DNA of 61,626 nucleotides, filler included, from Albugo candida (Eukaryota): NCBI GenBank assembly GCA_040437565.1. It is 5 parts of 5 records of this genome, joined end to end, with 100 filler letters (N's around TTAATTAATTAA, not from the genome) between each part and the next. Parts side by side here need not be neighbours in the genome. Positions count along the whole stretch, not along the records: positions 26,246 to 38,154 come from JBDOQK010000108.1; positions 38,255 to 50,054 come from JBDOQK010000109.1; positions 50,155 to 61,626 come from JBDOQK010000110.1; 2 more parts are not named here. One strand, 5' to 3'. Shown piece by piece: positions 37,675 to 50,751 of this stretch (position 1 is its first letter; each line of letters starts with the position of its first letter). The notes under the pieces were generated by a model. It saw only the letters and a program-made list of their open reading frames with translations, ran no database searches and was not told where the DNA came from. The position numbers and the translations under genes were made by a program.

Positions 37675-38154
37675 AATTCTGATTTTTCTACAAATTTCGG
37701 TCATGACATCTTCAAATTCATGCGGACCTGCAGAGAATCCGTATGTCAGAATTCCCATCAACGTTATTCTACAGAGGATCCATTTCTTGTAATCATTTGT
37801 AGCTAAGCCGTGTAATATTTACCAATGCTTGACGAGTAATGAAGAATTCTCTGTGTACGATGGCAGAATCAGCAGGTCTTTGGACAGAGTCCACGCAGAA
37901 CACAGGCAAATACTTGGTTCAAATCCACTCAGTCTGATATGATTGGCTAATTTTATGCTTGCATAGTGCCAACGCACGCCTAGGTAAGGTACAATGTGAT
38001 AGCACTGCCCGCTACTTTTCGACGTTATTTTGCGCTCAATTTGAAATTATTCAGTTCAGTTCTCGTTCACATTTGCTCGTTTTGTGATCATTCTTCTCAG
38101 GCTATTTCGCAGTTTACGGTTTATTCATGACACAAAAATATCTTATTCTTTAAT

Positions 38155-38254
38155 NNNNNNNNNNNNNNNNNNNNNNNNNNNNNNNNNNNNNNNNNNNNTT
38201 AATTAATTAANNNNNNNNNNNNNNNNNNNNNNNNNNNNNNNNNNNNNNNNNNNN
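38155..38254. other. Artificial scaffold spacer
   Basis: N44-TTAATTAATTAA-N44. Confidence 0.97.
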
Positions 38255-40159
38255 TTGTAATGCGGCAGGTGAGTAGGAATACACAGCTTGCAGTAATTGT
38301 TTCAATTCTTCAACAAATGAACAATATTGTATTCGCTGGTGCGCCCTTACTTTTTCTGATACTAAGCTATTGAGTTGGCTTGTCACTCAGTCAAAGGAAG
38401 ACTCTTCTGATCGGTTCAACCCTGCTATTACAGATTAGTCCGAGGTGCACAGTTACCGCCCTTGTCACGTTTCTTGTATATGTAAAAGTCATGCAATAAG
38501 GTAAAAAATAGTATTATTTTTTAAATGCTAATGTACTGACTTTCTTTTTCCTATTGTTGCTCAATACTTCTTGAGTTTGCATTTGCTGCAGGTGCAACAA
38601 AAGTATCGATTTGTGCCTTGTACAGATGCTTCTGCTTTATAGAAGAGCTATATGTAAGCCAGAGGCATTGACGGCTGATGTTCTGTGAACGCTTTTCAAA
38701 CCAGGACTACAAGATGAATTAATACTTGAAACGACAATGTATCCAAAATTAGTTTCTTACTTGAAACAAGCCTTGGGCTCCGCCAAGTTACACACCAATA
38801 GATGAACACTTTAGATACTATAGTTTCTGTCTGATATAAATGGCTAAATACCCCCTTTTACCACTCATTACCACAACCATTTAAACAATAAACTCAAAGC
38901 ATATCTTTTGTTAGCAAAAGTTAACCTTCATTTTACCAAGTTATTAATGTTTTCACCTTTAAAGTACTAGAGATATTAGTTGTTGCAATATACGGACATG
39001 ATAGCATTGCTAACTTTCTAGCTGATAGCTTAAAGGTTGGTTTTCTAGCATTAAAAGGCGATCTGTTGCCTACTGTCATACATTTTGCTACTAAAGGTTA
39101 TTTGATATTACTATTACTTTTCGATGTCTTTTTTATCTCTGCAGCTGGTCGTGGAAAAAATGTAGCTGCGGTGACAGGAACAGTTATTGGTTTTGCTTCA
39201 TCAACCTCATCTAATTGAAACGTTTTTCAAATCCCTCTTTCTCATTACTGTAATGGATCGTAGTATAAGCTTTTGATACGATCATTTGTAAACAGTTTCC
39301 TCTTTTTATTTCTTGTCTGTGTTTTTTTGTTAGAATATGAATTTGCGCATGTTCTCCTGAGGTCTTTTATGGACTCAAAAAACAACACACAAGAAGGACA
39401 TGAATAGTATGCTTCTGCTTTGTTTGACGGCGTTCTGTCTTCCACTGCGTCCAGAAGGGATGTACAAGTTGCGAATGCTTTTGATGCGGTTTTCCAGTTT
39501 GGTTTTATTGCTGAAATCAATTTGATGGCAAATAAAATACTCTATATACTATTTAATATTAGCTGAATTCTTTTCAGTTGCCAGTGGAGATGTGCTGCAT
39601 GTAAAAAATGGCCTGCTACATCATGTAGAGCTGTGATCACTTCAATGAAGTAAGAGGATGAGAACAAACTTTACTTTTGAAAATCCGCGTATTGTAAAGA
39701 AAATGCATTGTATGCATGGTTTATAATACACAAAAGTTATACTTCCTGATCAGGTGCTTCAGAAATAGCTTTTTGGCCATATACTACGCGATTTAAAACA
39801 GGTTTTGGGTAGAGCAACTATGATGTAAAAAATCAGAATAATACAAAGCGACCATACTCCAGAATTTTCCATCAGATGAAAAAAAGAGACGTAGTAGTTA
39901 TTATCATCTCGCGATGAATGTAAAAGCAGTGGGCGTTATTTCCTATCCTAAAAGCAAAGCAATTTAAATAATTGATAGATGATTGCCTAAATAAAAAGTG
40001 TGCTTTTAACAAAGTAAAATAATATAGAAGTGTTCAAGAAAAGAAATAAAAGAGGAGAAAACGAGTATTTTATTTCATTATATATAATATAACCACCACT
40101 TGTATAATTGGCCTGCTATTATCTTAGTTGATTAATAAGCTTGTTTGTTATTATATATT

Positions 40160-40769
40160 CTTCAAACTCTTCATCTTTTACACAAACAACAATGATGTTG
40201 AGACGTTGGTTATACCTTTTAATCAAGACAGCATTGTTGGAGGCAGGGCACACTCCATTGTTTGTTTGAAAATAGTGAGACTTGTAAGCCTCAAAATTCC
40301 AATCAACAACCCGATGATGGCTTGCGAAGAACGTGATTTTTCTTTCATTAGGCAAATCAGTTTGTTGATTGAGAAGATTAAGCATGCAAGTATAAAAAAA
40401 TGATGAAGAGAAAAGATTCTTTTTATGTAACCTACTATAGCTTCATCATCCTTTGCGAACACATACTACTACAGTCAAGACACCGGTTATAGCGTTTGGC
40501 CAGAAACCCCAATATGCTAAAGCAGACTCCGTTCTGTTTAGGGCGTCACATCGGAAAGCGAAATTTAAAAAAACACCAACTTTGAACATGTTTGGTTATC
40601 CAAAGTAAAAGAAGAAAGCATCTTGACCACAAAAGAAGGCGGTTTTGCTTATCAGAAGGCATGAATTTTTAACGAGAGTAGTAAGATAAACCAGAGTATC
40701 AGTTCGAGGAAAGAATCATACATTAAGTTTAGAGAGATCAATCTTAAAAGGAAAGTAATAGTACTGCAT
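40160..40769 (-). repeat. Diverged ~600-bp direct repeat of 43553-44116 (shared 5' gene module)
   Basis: Shared blocks CAAGACACCGGTTATAGCGTTTGGCCAGAAA, AAAGCATCTTGACCACA and AAAATAGTGAGACTTGTA; both copies begin ATGCAG on the minus strand. Confidence 0.85.
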
Positions 40770-41711
40770 CTTGATTAGAATATGTACGAGAAAAGAGGAG
40801 CAAAAAAATAAAAAAACGCGTACAAAAAATTTATCATTTTTTACCCTCCTGTTTTTTTAGTGGTGGAAAATCATGATGCGCTCATTATTTTATCGTTATT
40901 TACGTTACAAACAAGTGATTAAAAAATCAAGTTTATTATTACTAATTTTAGGTGAAACAAATCTGCCTAATTAAAGAGAGAGCGAAACTATTATTATTAT
41001 TATAAATCGAATATACTCATCATTCCACCAGAACGTATATACGAATACATAGTGACCACATTACATATTTTTCTTTACATTTATTAGAGTTGTTTCTTTA
41101 ATTGGTAAAGCTCTTTGGTTTGACTTCTTCATCCATAAAAACAATTATCGATTCAAAAGAAGGTGTTGCTCGCTCTTTATTAATTTATTTCAGATGATTT
41201 GCAGAGTGTGATAGAGATCATACGGGGCAGATGTGTTTTCCTTAGGGCACAGCCAAATCCCGTAGAATTTGGCTTTAAGAAAAGCCAAACTTTGCTAAGC
41301 TGCTTTTCGTCCCCTTATTAATGATCAGGTCATTTTGATAGGTTGCAAGATAGTCTTACGTTGTTGTGAATGGAATTTTCAAATAAAGTAGTAAGCATTG
41401 TTGACTTTGTATTATAGTAGTTATTAAATCAAAATAATTACATTTTACTTGTGAGACTTGAGAACGAAAGTCGTCTTATGTCTAGACCTGTTTGAACAAA
41501 ACTAATTATCATGATCAGTAGACAAAAAAACAATATTTATTTTAAGTACACAATTTTGTAATAAAAAGAATATGATATTATATATGAAGACTTGTCTAGT
41601 TTTAACGACAATAAAAAAATTAATAACTAACACGTTTTTTATCAACAATAAAAACCATTTATAGAAAGTACTTGGAACAACTTTTTTTTTTTTTATTTTT
41701 TAACTATTTAT

Positions 41712-44116
41712 TTAATTTTTTGACAACCATGAGGCAGGGACAGAACAGCGAGCGATTTTTTTACCATCATCAATATCTTTGATTTGTGCTGCCACCTTTT
41801 CAGCAGTCTCAACTGCCAAGTTCTTTACAAGAAAAAAATCGTTAGTAAAGAGGATACTTAATTCATTTTTATCAGCAGAGTATCATACCTTTAATTGTTC
41901 AAGTCTGCAGACGACTGTTGGGATTAATGTTAAGTCGTCTGGGCCTTTGGGGAGATGAACTGAACAAATTTCAGTCACCACATAAGTATTGGCGTCGGCG
42001 AGATGCATTTCGGATGTGGTAATCTTGTCACCTTTCACAAGGGCACAACGAACGACAGGATCAGTGACACCGATTTCCAAGATTTGATTCAAAATGACCT
42101 TCATTTGCTTTCCAACTTTGATAAAATCATTTTCAAGCTGTTGTCTTTCTTCCTTGGGCAGTAGATTCCGTAAGCGCAGTGTTGACTCTAAGAGCAATCA
42201 ATGTTAGTATATGGATACTTAGATTAAGAACTATATAAAAGAAATCAATTTACCATAAGCGATTTGAAAAAGATATACCATCAAGAAGTGACGCTAGACG
42301 AATACCATGGACAAACAAGTATTCATCTCTTCTATCAACATAGACAGAGGAGGTCTTGTTGGAATCAATTATAGATATTCTGAACGCAAGTAGCTTGTCT
42401 TCTTTCACAAGAAACCACAAACAATATCGGACTAGTCACCACCAATCTCTAAGATCTCATTAATCATCATTATTTTCATTTGTTTTCCCACCGACTTGAT
42501 AAATTCGTTTTCGAATTGTTGTCTTACTTCCTTGGGCTTGAATTCACCAATAATAACAACATAAAGCTTACTGACTCCATTTACGTAAACACCATACTCC
42601 GGATTCGCGGCAGGAAGGCTTACATTGGCCCTAAAAGAAATTAATGTTAGTATATGGATGTTTGGATTAAGAATCATTCAATAAAAGTTAGCTTACCAGA
42701 AGTGATTCAATTTACCCGAGGAAGAGATGACAACATCAAGAAAAGGGGCAATTATCGCATGAACAAATGTGTTTTCGCCTCTTCCATCTACATAACCAGC
42801 AATTTTAAACTGGGGGAGGCTAAAGGGAAAACAAAAAAAAAGTTATTAGTTTTTTTTGTATCAAATCCATTTTGGTCATGATATACTTACATTTTCTGAA
42901 TTACGCTGGCAATATACAAATCAAGTTCATTGTCTAATAATAAAGCATTCTTGTTGTTCAAAAACTTGACTGTATATCTTTGTAATTCTCTCCAATTACT
43001 AAAGGAAGTCTGTGAAAGCCAAATAATTTAAAAAAAAAATGTTGTTAATAAGCATATTTTATGTCGTACATGTTACTTTTTACTTACAGCAGCACTTTCA
43101 GCGCACCATTCGTATGCCACGGGGCTAGCAGCAGGTAGAGCACTACAATGTAATAAAGTACTAATAAGTGCGTGATGTAAGCCAACGCAGTTGAAGTACT
43201 TTGTTACAGAGTGAGGCAAGGACTCCGCAAAGACATAAATATGGCTTTTAGCCCTATACACGAACGATTAGCATTTGGGTTATTCATCATTTTTATCGCA
43301 TTTACTTACAAATAGCCAATGTCAAAGAGGGGTTCAGCCTTCTTCTTCTCCAAGCACTGACCTCGATACTTGCCGCATTCTTCGCTGACGTTAAGTCCTT
43401 CTACCACCCAAGAACTGTCCACCTCGCCATGCTTTCTCTATGATAGTCAAAAATAATTGTTTAAAAAAATATTCCATACTTCCATTTTTCATTATATAAT
43501 GTATTTATGTATACCTTTCTATTTTCATTAACTTCTATTTTTTTGAGATGTTCTTTAAACTCTTCATCATTGACAGAAACAATAATGTCGTTAAGACATT
43601 GATTGTACTGTTTGATTAAAGTAGGGCGCACTCCGTCGTGTGTTTTAAAATAGTGAGACTTGTATGCCTCAAAATTCCAATCAACGACTTGATGGCTTCA
43701 GAAGAATGCGAAGCTGACGTTTGCGGAAAGGTCTGTGTAATATCAATGAAAATTAAGCATTGGAGAATACAAACGATTTTTTTATGTAGCCTTCCTTTAA
43801 AGACACCACAGTATCTACTGTTTTCAAGACACCGGTTATAGCGTTTGGCCAGAAAACCCAATATGTTAAAGCAGACTAAGTTCTGTTTAGGATACCCCAT
43901 TGGAAAACGACTTTTGAAAATACACCAGCTTTGACCATAAAGAAAGCATCTTGACCACAGAAGGCGGTTTCACTTACCAAAAGCCTTAATTTTTTAGCCA
44001 GCATCATAGGAGTAAAGAGATAAACCAGAATATCAGTTGCTTCAGGAAAGAATCATACACCAAGTATAGAAGAGAGACCAATTTTGTTTGAAGGGAAAAT
44101 AACAATATTGCTGCAT
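41712..44116 (-). pseudogene. Multi-exon PD-(D/E)xK nuclease-like gene with internal duplication, probably disrupted
   Basis: PEYGVYV...IIGEFKPKE...FENEFIK.GKQMK...LEIG, and a second copy PKEERQQLENDFIKVGKQMKVILNQILEIGVTDPVV; GT-AG introns link segments from 44116 to the stop at 41712. Confidence 0.55.
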
Positions 44117-44952
44117 GACGAAAACAAATAAAGAAAGAAAGAAAGAAGGAAGAAAAAGGAAAAAAAGGAAAACGAGGAAATTTTTTTATTTATTTTTTGT
44201 TTGTGTGTGCGTTTTTTTATAATCTATCAATTTTTTTTTATCAATCAATATAATTTTACTAATAAATTTTACATATGCAAGATTGAAGTCATGATGAGAA
44301 AAGCAAAAAAGAAAAAGAAGTGATTTATTTCACTGCAAATATAAAAGAAAAAAGGTGATAGATTTATGTAGTAGTAGTAAACTATACATGTTGCATTTTG
44401 CAACAATGATTATTATAAATACAAGCGATCAAGAACTTTTCACTCAAGGAGAAAAAATCAGCTCTACTTTATCCAACTCTATCAAATGTATTCAAGAAAA
44501 TACACCTGAAATCAAATCAACAACAATCAACAAGTCAGTTTTATTTGATTATTTAAGTGCAACTACTACTATTCATGATGATGTGAGTTATACATTGGCT
44601 CAGTCTTTATCAAGAGTATCTATCTCCAACATGACAAACTTGAAATTACCCAAAACATGTACTAGTTTATTGACAAATGCCTATCGTGTGTCTACCAGTG
44701 TAGAATTAAAATTTTTTATTTTACACACCATTCATGCTGTGACACCTTTAAAATTAAATTTGGAACCCTTGGCTTATTACCCACATGTATCATTTTGAAC
44801 AATAACAAAAAAATGATTTTTTTACAGAAACAATAGTAATAATAATAATAATTTTTATTTTTTGAAAATTTATATACATAAGAATGTGTACAGGTACCAA
44901 TGGTAATATTATGATGATTATGTATATATATATATATATGAATTTACATGCG

Positions 44953-45744
44953 TTAATGATTATTAGCTTGTTTACAGAAAGAAATAAAGTCAATCTTGAT
45001 AGTGCTTGTATTTAAGTAAAGATCTTGACAATATTTATACATGATTTTACCGTGTGGACTCTCTAACATAGTAGGCCAAGAAATGCATGAAAACAATTCT
45101 TTATAAACAACTTTAGCTTCATCCTGCCAATGTAAGAGTTCTTGTTGATTTTTAACATTCACTAACTTTTTCTTATGCTTTTCAGCACTGTTCATGAACA
45201 CAAGCACGTCTTTTTGATGTTGTTGTATTGACGCAGTAAATTTCAACAACTTGTTGACTTGATCACATTTCGCTTGAAGTGTCTCTACAAACACTCTGTA
45301 TTTTTCGCCACAATCATCTTCGTAAATTACAAGTGCGTTACAAATCTGGTTGTATTTGATCAATATGAAATTGTCATACTTCATTCGTAAATCCACATAT
45401 TCTTCTTGACGAATACGATTTTGAGGTGACCAAGTACTATCAATCAAGTTGAACGGAATAACTTCACTTTTATATTCTTTCAACCAATCATTGGCTTCAT
45501 GAAGGTTCTTTCTTAACTTCTGCTTGTTTTCATATTTCTTTAATGTGAGAGTCATTGACATGATCTTATTCTTGAATTTTTGTAAAGGTAAATGAACAGA
45601 TTCTACAATCGTATTGATGATCTTTTCATGAGAAGACAAGTACTTTGAAGTAACATTTTCTTGCTGCTTGATGACTGCTTCTGTAGTAGCTGCTAAATCA
45701 TGTTGAATGCCTCTGTGTAAATAAGAATGGCAATGTATCATCAT
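44953..45744 (-). CDS. Coiled-coil/spectrin-repeat-like hypothetical protein fragment
   Basis: 263-aa open frame in AT-rich DNA with helical heptad character; its 5' end abuts the truncated repeat at 45745. Confidence 0.5.
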   Translation of the reverse strand: MMIHCHSYLHRGIQHDLAATTEAVIKQQENVTSKYLSSHEKIINTIVESVHLPLQKFKNKIMSMTLTLKKYENKQKLRKNLHEANDWLKEYKSEVIPFNLIDSTWSPQNRIRQEEYVDLRMKYDNFILIKYNQICNALVIYEDDCGEKYRVFVETLQAKCDQVNKLLKFTASIQQHQKDVLVFMNSAEKHKKKLVNVKNQQELLHWQDEAKVVYKELFSCISWPTMLESPHGKIMYKYCQDLYLNTSTIKIDFISFCKQANNH

Positions 45745-46600
45745 GAGTAACTTCAGACCTATCGAGTATCAAAATGTTAGTACCGAGGGTCTATTTTTGC
45801 ATTATCAAACAACCAAGTTACCATTTCATTTGGATAATATTTGTGTGTTGCATAAATAAAGAATTAATAAAATGGTAGGTGGTTCAAGTAACATGTGTTC
45901 TTTCAAGACAATTGACGGTGATAGAGTTGACAGGGCTTTTTAAAAGTCTGAGACTATTAGGCAACATTGTTAGTTTAAAACTGTAAATGCAACAGACAAT
46001 GACTTATAGCTTACAATTGGAATGAAATAGAATGAACAATATCCCAATCATTGTACAAATAAGGATCATATGTCATATTAACAAATTTATTACTGCTCAT
46101 CATGAATTAGGAAAATTGTTCAGACGTTCGAGTAAAGCAGATAAGCTAGATTGAGGAATAGATGATGTGGTAATAATTTCGTTGACTTCATGCTCAGGCA
46201 ACTTTGATTTGAGCAACAACAACTCATCAGCTTCAGTAAGATCGATAACATTAGTCTGGTTCAAACTACAAAGAAAGAATATGTAAATACAGTTGCTAAT
46301 TAGATAAAATAAAGATTACGATTCTTACACAGTATCTAATAAAGTCTTTCTATCTTCATAAAACTCTTTAATGTTATTAACAGAGGTTTGATCACGATTA
46401 ACAGCAATACCACTGGACAAAGCAGGAGACGAAGAGTGATTATTACTAGTACCAGGAGAAACCGAACTAGATGAACTGCTATTCATAGGAACACTTAAAA
46501 GCTAAGTGTCTTCAGTTAGTCATCTGTGCAATTTCACAAAATTACTTACAAACTTACTTGTTACGAATTAGAATAAATACAATTTTAACTCATTCTTGCA
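45745..46600 (-). pseudogene. Truncated direct copy of the 48175-49940 gene
   Basis: ACTTCAGACCTAT.GAGTATCAAAATGTTAGTACCGAG and GATCACGATTAACAGCAATACCACTGGACAAAGCAGGAGACGAAGAGTGATT match 48650-49540, with deletions. Confidence 0.8.
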
Positions 46601-46959
46601 TCTTTTTGTAATCCGGTTTCAGGTGAGAGCTATAAAAGAAAATATCTTAGTATCAATATTTATATAGAAAATTATTGCTTTCATCTTACAGCACTCTTCA
46701 AATCTCTGTTAACATTAACCTTCGGTAACTAATTGTCTTCAATTGTACTTGACATTTTTGTAATATATTACAACACGAAAAAAAAATAAAAAAACGAGAA
46801 AAACGTAAAAATGATTAAATAGGAAAATAAATTTTGCACTGCTTTAACGAATGTTCTGCGTCATCAAGTGTTTTTGTAGTACCCATAAGAAAATTCAGCT
46901 GGTGAAAGCTTTTTTTTAAAAATTGCTTTGTTCTGTACTGCTCCTAATCGTAATGATTG

Positions 46960-47278
46960 AAAGACTTTACTAGATACTGTGTAAGTATCTTAAATCTTTA
47001 TTTTATCTAGTTAGCACTGTACTTACATATTCTTTCTTTGCAGTTTGAACGAAACCAATATCATCGATCTTACTGAAGCTGGTGAGTTGTTGTTACTCAA
47101 GTCAAAGTTGCCTGAACATGAAGTCAACGAAATTATTACTATATCATCTATTCCTCAATCTGACCTATCTGCTCCTTGCAGTGCTTTATTTGAATGTCTG
47201 AACAATTGTCCCAATTCATTGATTCAATTAAGATCGCAACTTATGAACAGCAATGAATTTATTAATATGACATATGAT
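46960..47278 (+). repeat. Inverted partial copy of the 48175-49940 gene
   Basis: ETNIIDLTEAGELLLLKSKLPEHEVNEI...FINMTYD is near-identical to the minus-strand ORF 48913-49200, including the preceding intron. Confidence 0.88.
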
Positions 47279-47299
47279 TTCAGTATCAATTGGAACTAA

Positions 47300-47939
47300 A
47301 TGTTTTACAATATCGACAAAGTAATACCACAGCAGACGTCAGAAAAGGGTTTTAAGTAAATTTACTGAATATCAAGAATTGTTTAGATCAGCAAAACCAT
47401 TCCGCACGAAAGAATTCTATACTGTGCTAAAAAATGCTTTCCCACAACCATCTTTATTAGAAGAATCTACCACAAGTAGCGCTACACCTTTAGAGATTGT
47501 ACTTTACAACACTGGGTATTTACCTACCAGAGGAAGAGAAAGCGGGTAGTTAGCCTAATATTTTTAAACAAGAAAAGTTATATATTTTGCATGGGGTTTG
47601 TATGTCTGTCGAGATTCATAAACATATTATTGAACAACACTTTAAAGGATGAAATGTACCAGAGCTTCGAAGGGCGATAAAACTCAAAGTATACAATATG
47701 CGCGAACACATTTTGCTGGCAAAGTCAAGAAGCAACAAAGCAAACCAAAGGCATTTACAACAACTAAGGTCCCTAGTAATGAAAGCGAAGTATCTGGTAT
47801 CCCACTCACTTCTGCTTTATTACTACGAAACTTATCAAGATATAAGCAACACCATACATTCTACTTACTTTATGAAATTGAATTATCTGTATGGATATTC
47901 AATGAACAAAAGTATTTAAATATGTTTCGACTGTTTTAG
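47300..47939 (+). pseudogene. Rsc9/ARID2-like chromatin remodeller C-terminal fragment
   Basis: GIPLTSALLLRNLSR resembles the fungal Rsc9 C-terminal motif (G.PLTA.L.LRNL.R); preceded by degenerate zinc-finger-like and winged-helix-like stretches with stops. Confidence 0.5.
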
Positions 47940-48174
47940 GTGAATTGCAAGACCAGTCAAAGAAAGCCCCCCCATCATAGTTATACTTTTTTCATAAAAA
48001 AATATTAATAAATATTATTAATTACTAATCAAACAGCAAATCATAAAGTTTTTAACTTAAGGTAATAAAGGCTTTTTACTAATATATATAATGTATGATG
48101 GCTTCAATGATAAGTACTTAAAAATAATGCTGATAATAATAATAATAATATAATTTAATTGCTTGCTATTAATT

Positions 48175-49940
48175 CTACTGGCTGTCAAATTTGTTTAATT
48201 GATACTTAATTACTGCTTCCTTCCAGTCGAGTACTTTTTTCAGATCGTTTCTAATGAATCTCTTCAATCCAATAACATCAGCAGGATACTTAATGGTACA
48301 ATGATTATTTCTAATAAAACTGCTATTGTATTTTGTCAAAGATTCCAAGTAAAGAGTATTTTCTATTTTTAAGATAATTTTAATGTTAGAACCATTTCCT
48401 TGTATTATATGTGAGACGTTAAGTTCAACTAGACTTACGATAATAGATGGCAGTAAATACTTTTTCATAGTTATTCTTTAATTCTAAACTTTCAATGACG
48501 TTCAAATATAATTTTTTGGTGTCATTATCAAGTTTAGTTTCACCAACGTTTAAGTATCCACCTGCTAATTCCAGTATCAGCAAAAGTCCATCATCAGCAC
48601 AACCAACACCTAGGCCATCAAGTTTTGTTTCACCAGTATCATCATGGGTGACTTCAGACCTATTGAGTATCAAAATGTTAGTACCGAGGTCTATTTTTTG
48701 CAATATCAAACAACCAAGTTTACCATTTCATTTTGATGATATTTGTGTGTTGCATAAACAAAGAATTAATAAAAGGATAGGTGGTCCAAGTAGCGTGTGT
48801 TCTTTCAAGGCAATTGACGGTGATAGGGTTGATAGGGTTTTCTAAAAGTCTGAGACTATTAGGCAACACTGTTAGTTTAAAACTGTAAATGCAACAGACA
48901 ATAACTTATAGCTTACAATTGAAATGAAATAGAATGAACAATATCCCAATCATTATACAAATAAGAATCATATGTCATATTAATAAATTCATTGCTGTTC
49001 ATAAGTTGCGATCTTAATTGAATCAATGAATTGGGACAATTGTTCAAACGTTCGAGTAAAGCACTGCAGGGAGCAGATAGGTCAGATTGAGGGATAGATG
49101 ATACAGTAACAATTTCGTTGACTTCATGTTCAGGCAACTTTGACTTGAGTAACAACAACTCACAAGCTTCAGTAAGATCGATGATATTAGTTTCGCTCAA
49201 ACTGCAAAGAAAGAATATGTAAGTACAGTGCTAACTAGATAAAATAAAGATTTAAGATACTTACACAGTATCTAATAAAGTCTTTCTATCTTCATAAAAC
49301 TCTTTAATGTTATTAAAAGAGGTTTGATCACGATTAACAGCAATACCACTGGACAAAGCAGGAGACGAAGAGTGATTATTATCAGTAACAGGAGGAGAAA
49401 CCGAACTAGAAGATGAACTGCTATTCATAGGAACGCCTAAAACCTAAGCATCTTTAGTTAGTCGTCTGCGCGATTTTACTAAATCACTTACAAACTTACT
49501 TGTTGAGAATCAGCATAAATACGGTTCCAGCTCATTCTTGCAAGCTCCAAAGTCGTATTTTGTGCTTGCTGCTGTATGCTATTGGTCAAAGAATGGCTAC
49601 TGCGACCAGACCAATAGGTTCGGTATAACGAACAAAAATAAGTATTCTCCCTATACCGATCCTATTTTTTGTATGTAAGTAATATATAAGCTAGCTCCTA
49701 TAGTTATAGCTTTGAGATAGCAACTAAATTTACCTTGAATAAATTTTTTGCGTCGTTAACGCTCTTTCGACATTCTCTACTACCAATCTTCAAAAGTTTG
49801 TCGAGCATAGCTAAGTACGCAATGCTGATTGCAGTTTCGCTTTTGTCCAAAGCATCAGCAAATTGGAAGTAGTCTAATGTTGGTGAGTTTTCGTAAAATT
49901 TGATTGCTTTTCGGTACTTTTCAGAAGCTTTATTCGGCAT
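48175..49940 (-). CDS. Multi-exon protein with C-terminal PD-(D/E)xK (restriction-endonuclease-like) domain
   Basis: ATG at 49940 and several GT-AG introns joining the ORF pieces; catalytic-like TKLDGLGV...LLILELAGG...KLDNDTKKL; stop at 48175. Exact exon structure not verified. Confidence 0.6.
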
Positions 49941-50054
49941 ATGAAGAGATGAGAAACGAACGAACTGCGAAACACGAAATCAGGATATTAAAAACGCCAA
50001 AACGGAGTTTGAACAATTCGGTAGTATAGTAGTGTTACAGAACAAGTTCAATAC

Positions 50055-50154
50055 NNNNNNNNNNNNNNNNNNNNNNNNNNNNNNNNNNNNNNNNNNNNTT
50101 AATTAATTAANNNNNNNNNNNNNNNNNNNNNNNNNNNNNNNNNNNNNNNNNNNN
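50055..50154. other. Artificial scaffold spacer
   Basis: N44-TTAATTAATTAA-N44. Confidence 0.97.
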
Positions 50155-50419
50155 AAATCTCGCTTAACTTGTAGGTAGTATGCACTGAGCAGATAAGATT
50201 TTTTGCACGTGCTCGCAAACACGGCTTTTCAAATCGTCTAGCAGCATGTTTTCGGAAAGTACTTTTCTCTCCTTCGGATGTCTATAAAAATGTTGAGTCA
50301 GTTCGGCAGGGACTGAATTCCAATGGTTTTGTTGTCGCACGATGCAGGAAAAAAGAACTGGTGGTGGGTGTGTTGATATGCGTATCAAGTCAAGCGAGGT
50401 ACATTTCACCTCACGAAGC

Positions 50420-50751
50420 TGACAGAATCATCTTCTTGCATGCCATGCTAATGCGTGCCCTCTGTAGTGCAACAAGTTGCAAGCAGCGTAAACTGCTGCT
50501 CTACTGGCTTCATGAATTGGAACTACAGTGCTCAANNNNNNNNNNNNNNNNNNNNNNNNNNNNNNNNNNNNNNNNNNNNNNNNNNNNNNNNNNNNNNNNN
50601 NNNNNNNNNNNNNNNNNNNNNNNNNNNNNNNNNNNTGACAGAATCATCTTCTTGCATGCCATGCTAATGCGTGCCCTCTGTAGTGCAACAAGCTGCAAGC
50701 AGCATAAACTGCTGCTCTACTGGCTTCATGAATTGGAACTACAGTGCTCAA
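50420..50751. repeat. 116-bp sequence duplicated on both sides of a 100-N gap
   Basis: 50420-50535 matches 50636-50751 with two substitutions; typical unmerged contig overlap. Confidence 0.9.

Larger units (their letters stand above)
38255..50054. other. AT-rich scaffold, probably from another organism (Mucoromycota-like fungus)
   Basis: Visibly lower GC with long A/T runs, many short introns of the GTAAGT...(TA)CTAAC...TAG type, an Rsc9-like fragment and repeated PD-(D/E)xK-like genes, unlike the flanking scaffolds. Confidence 0.7.
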
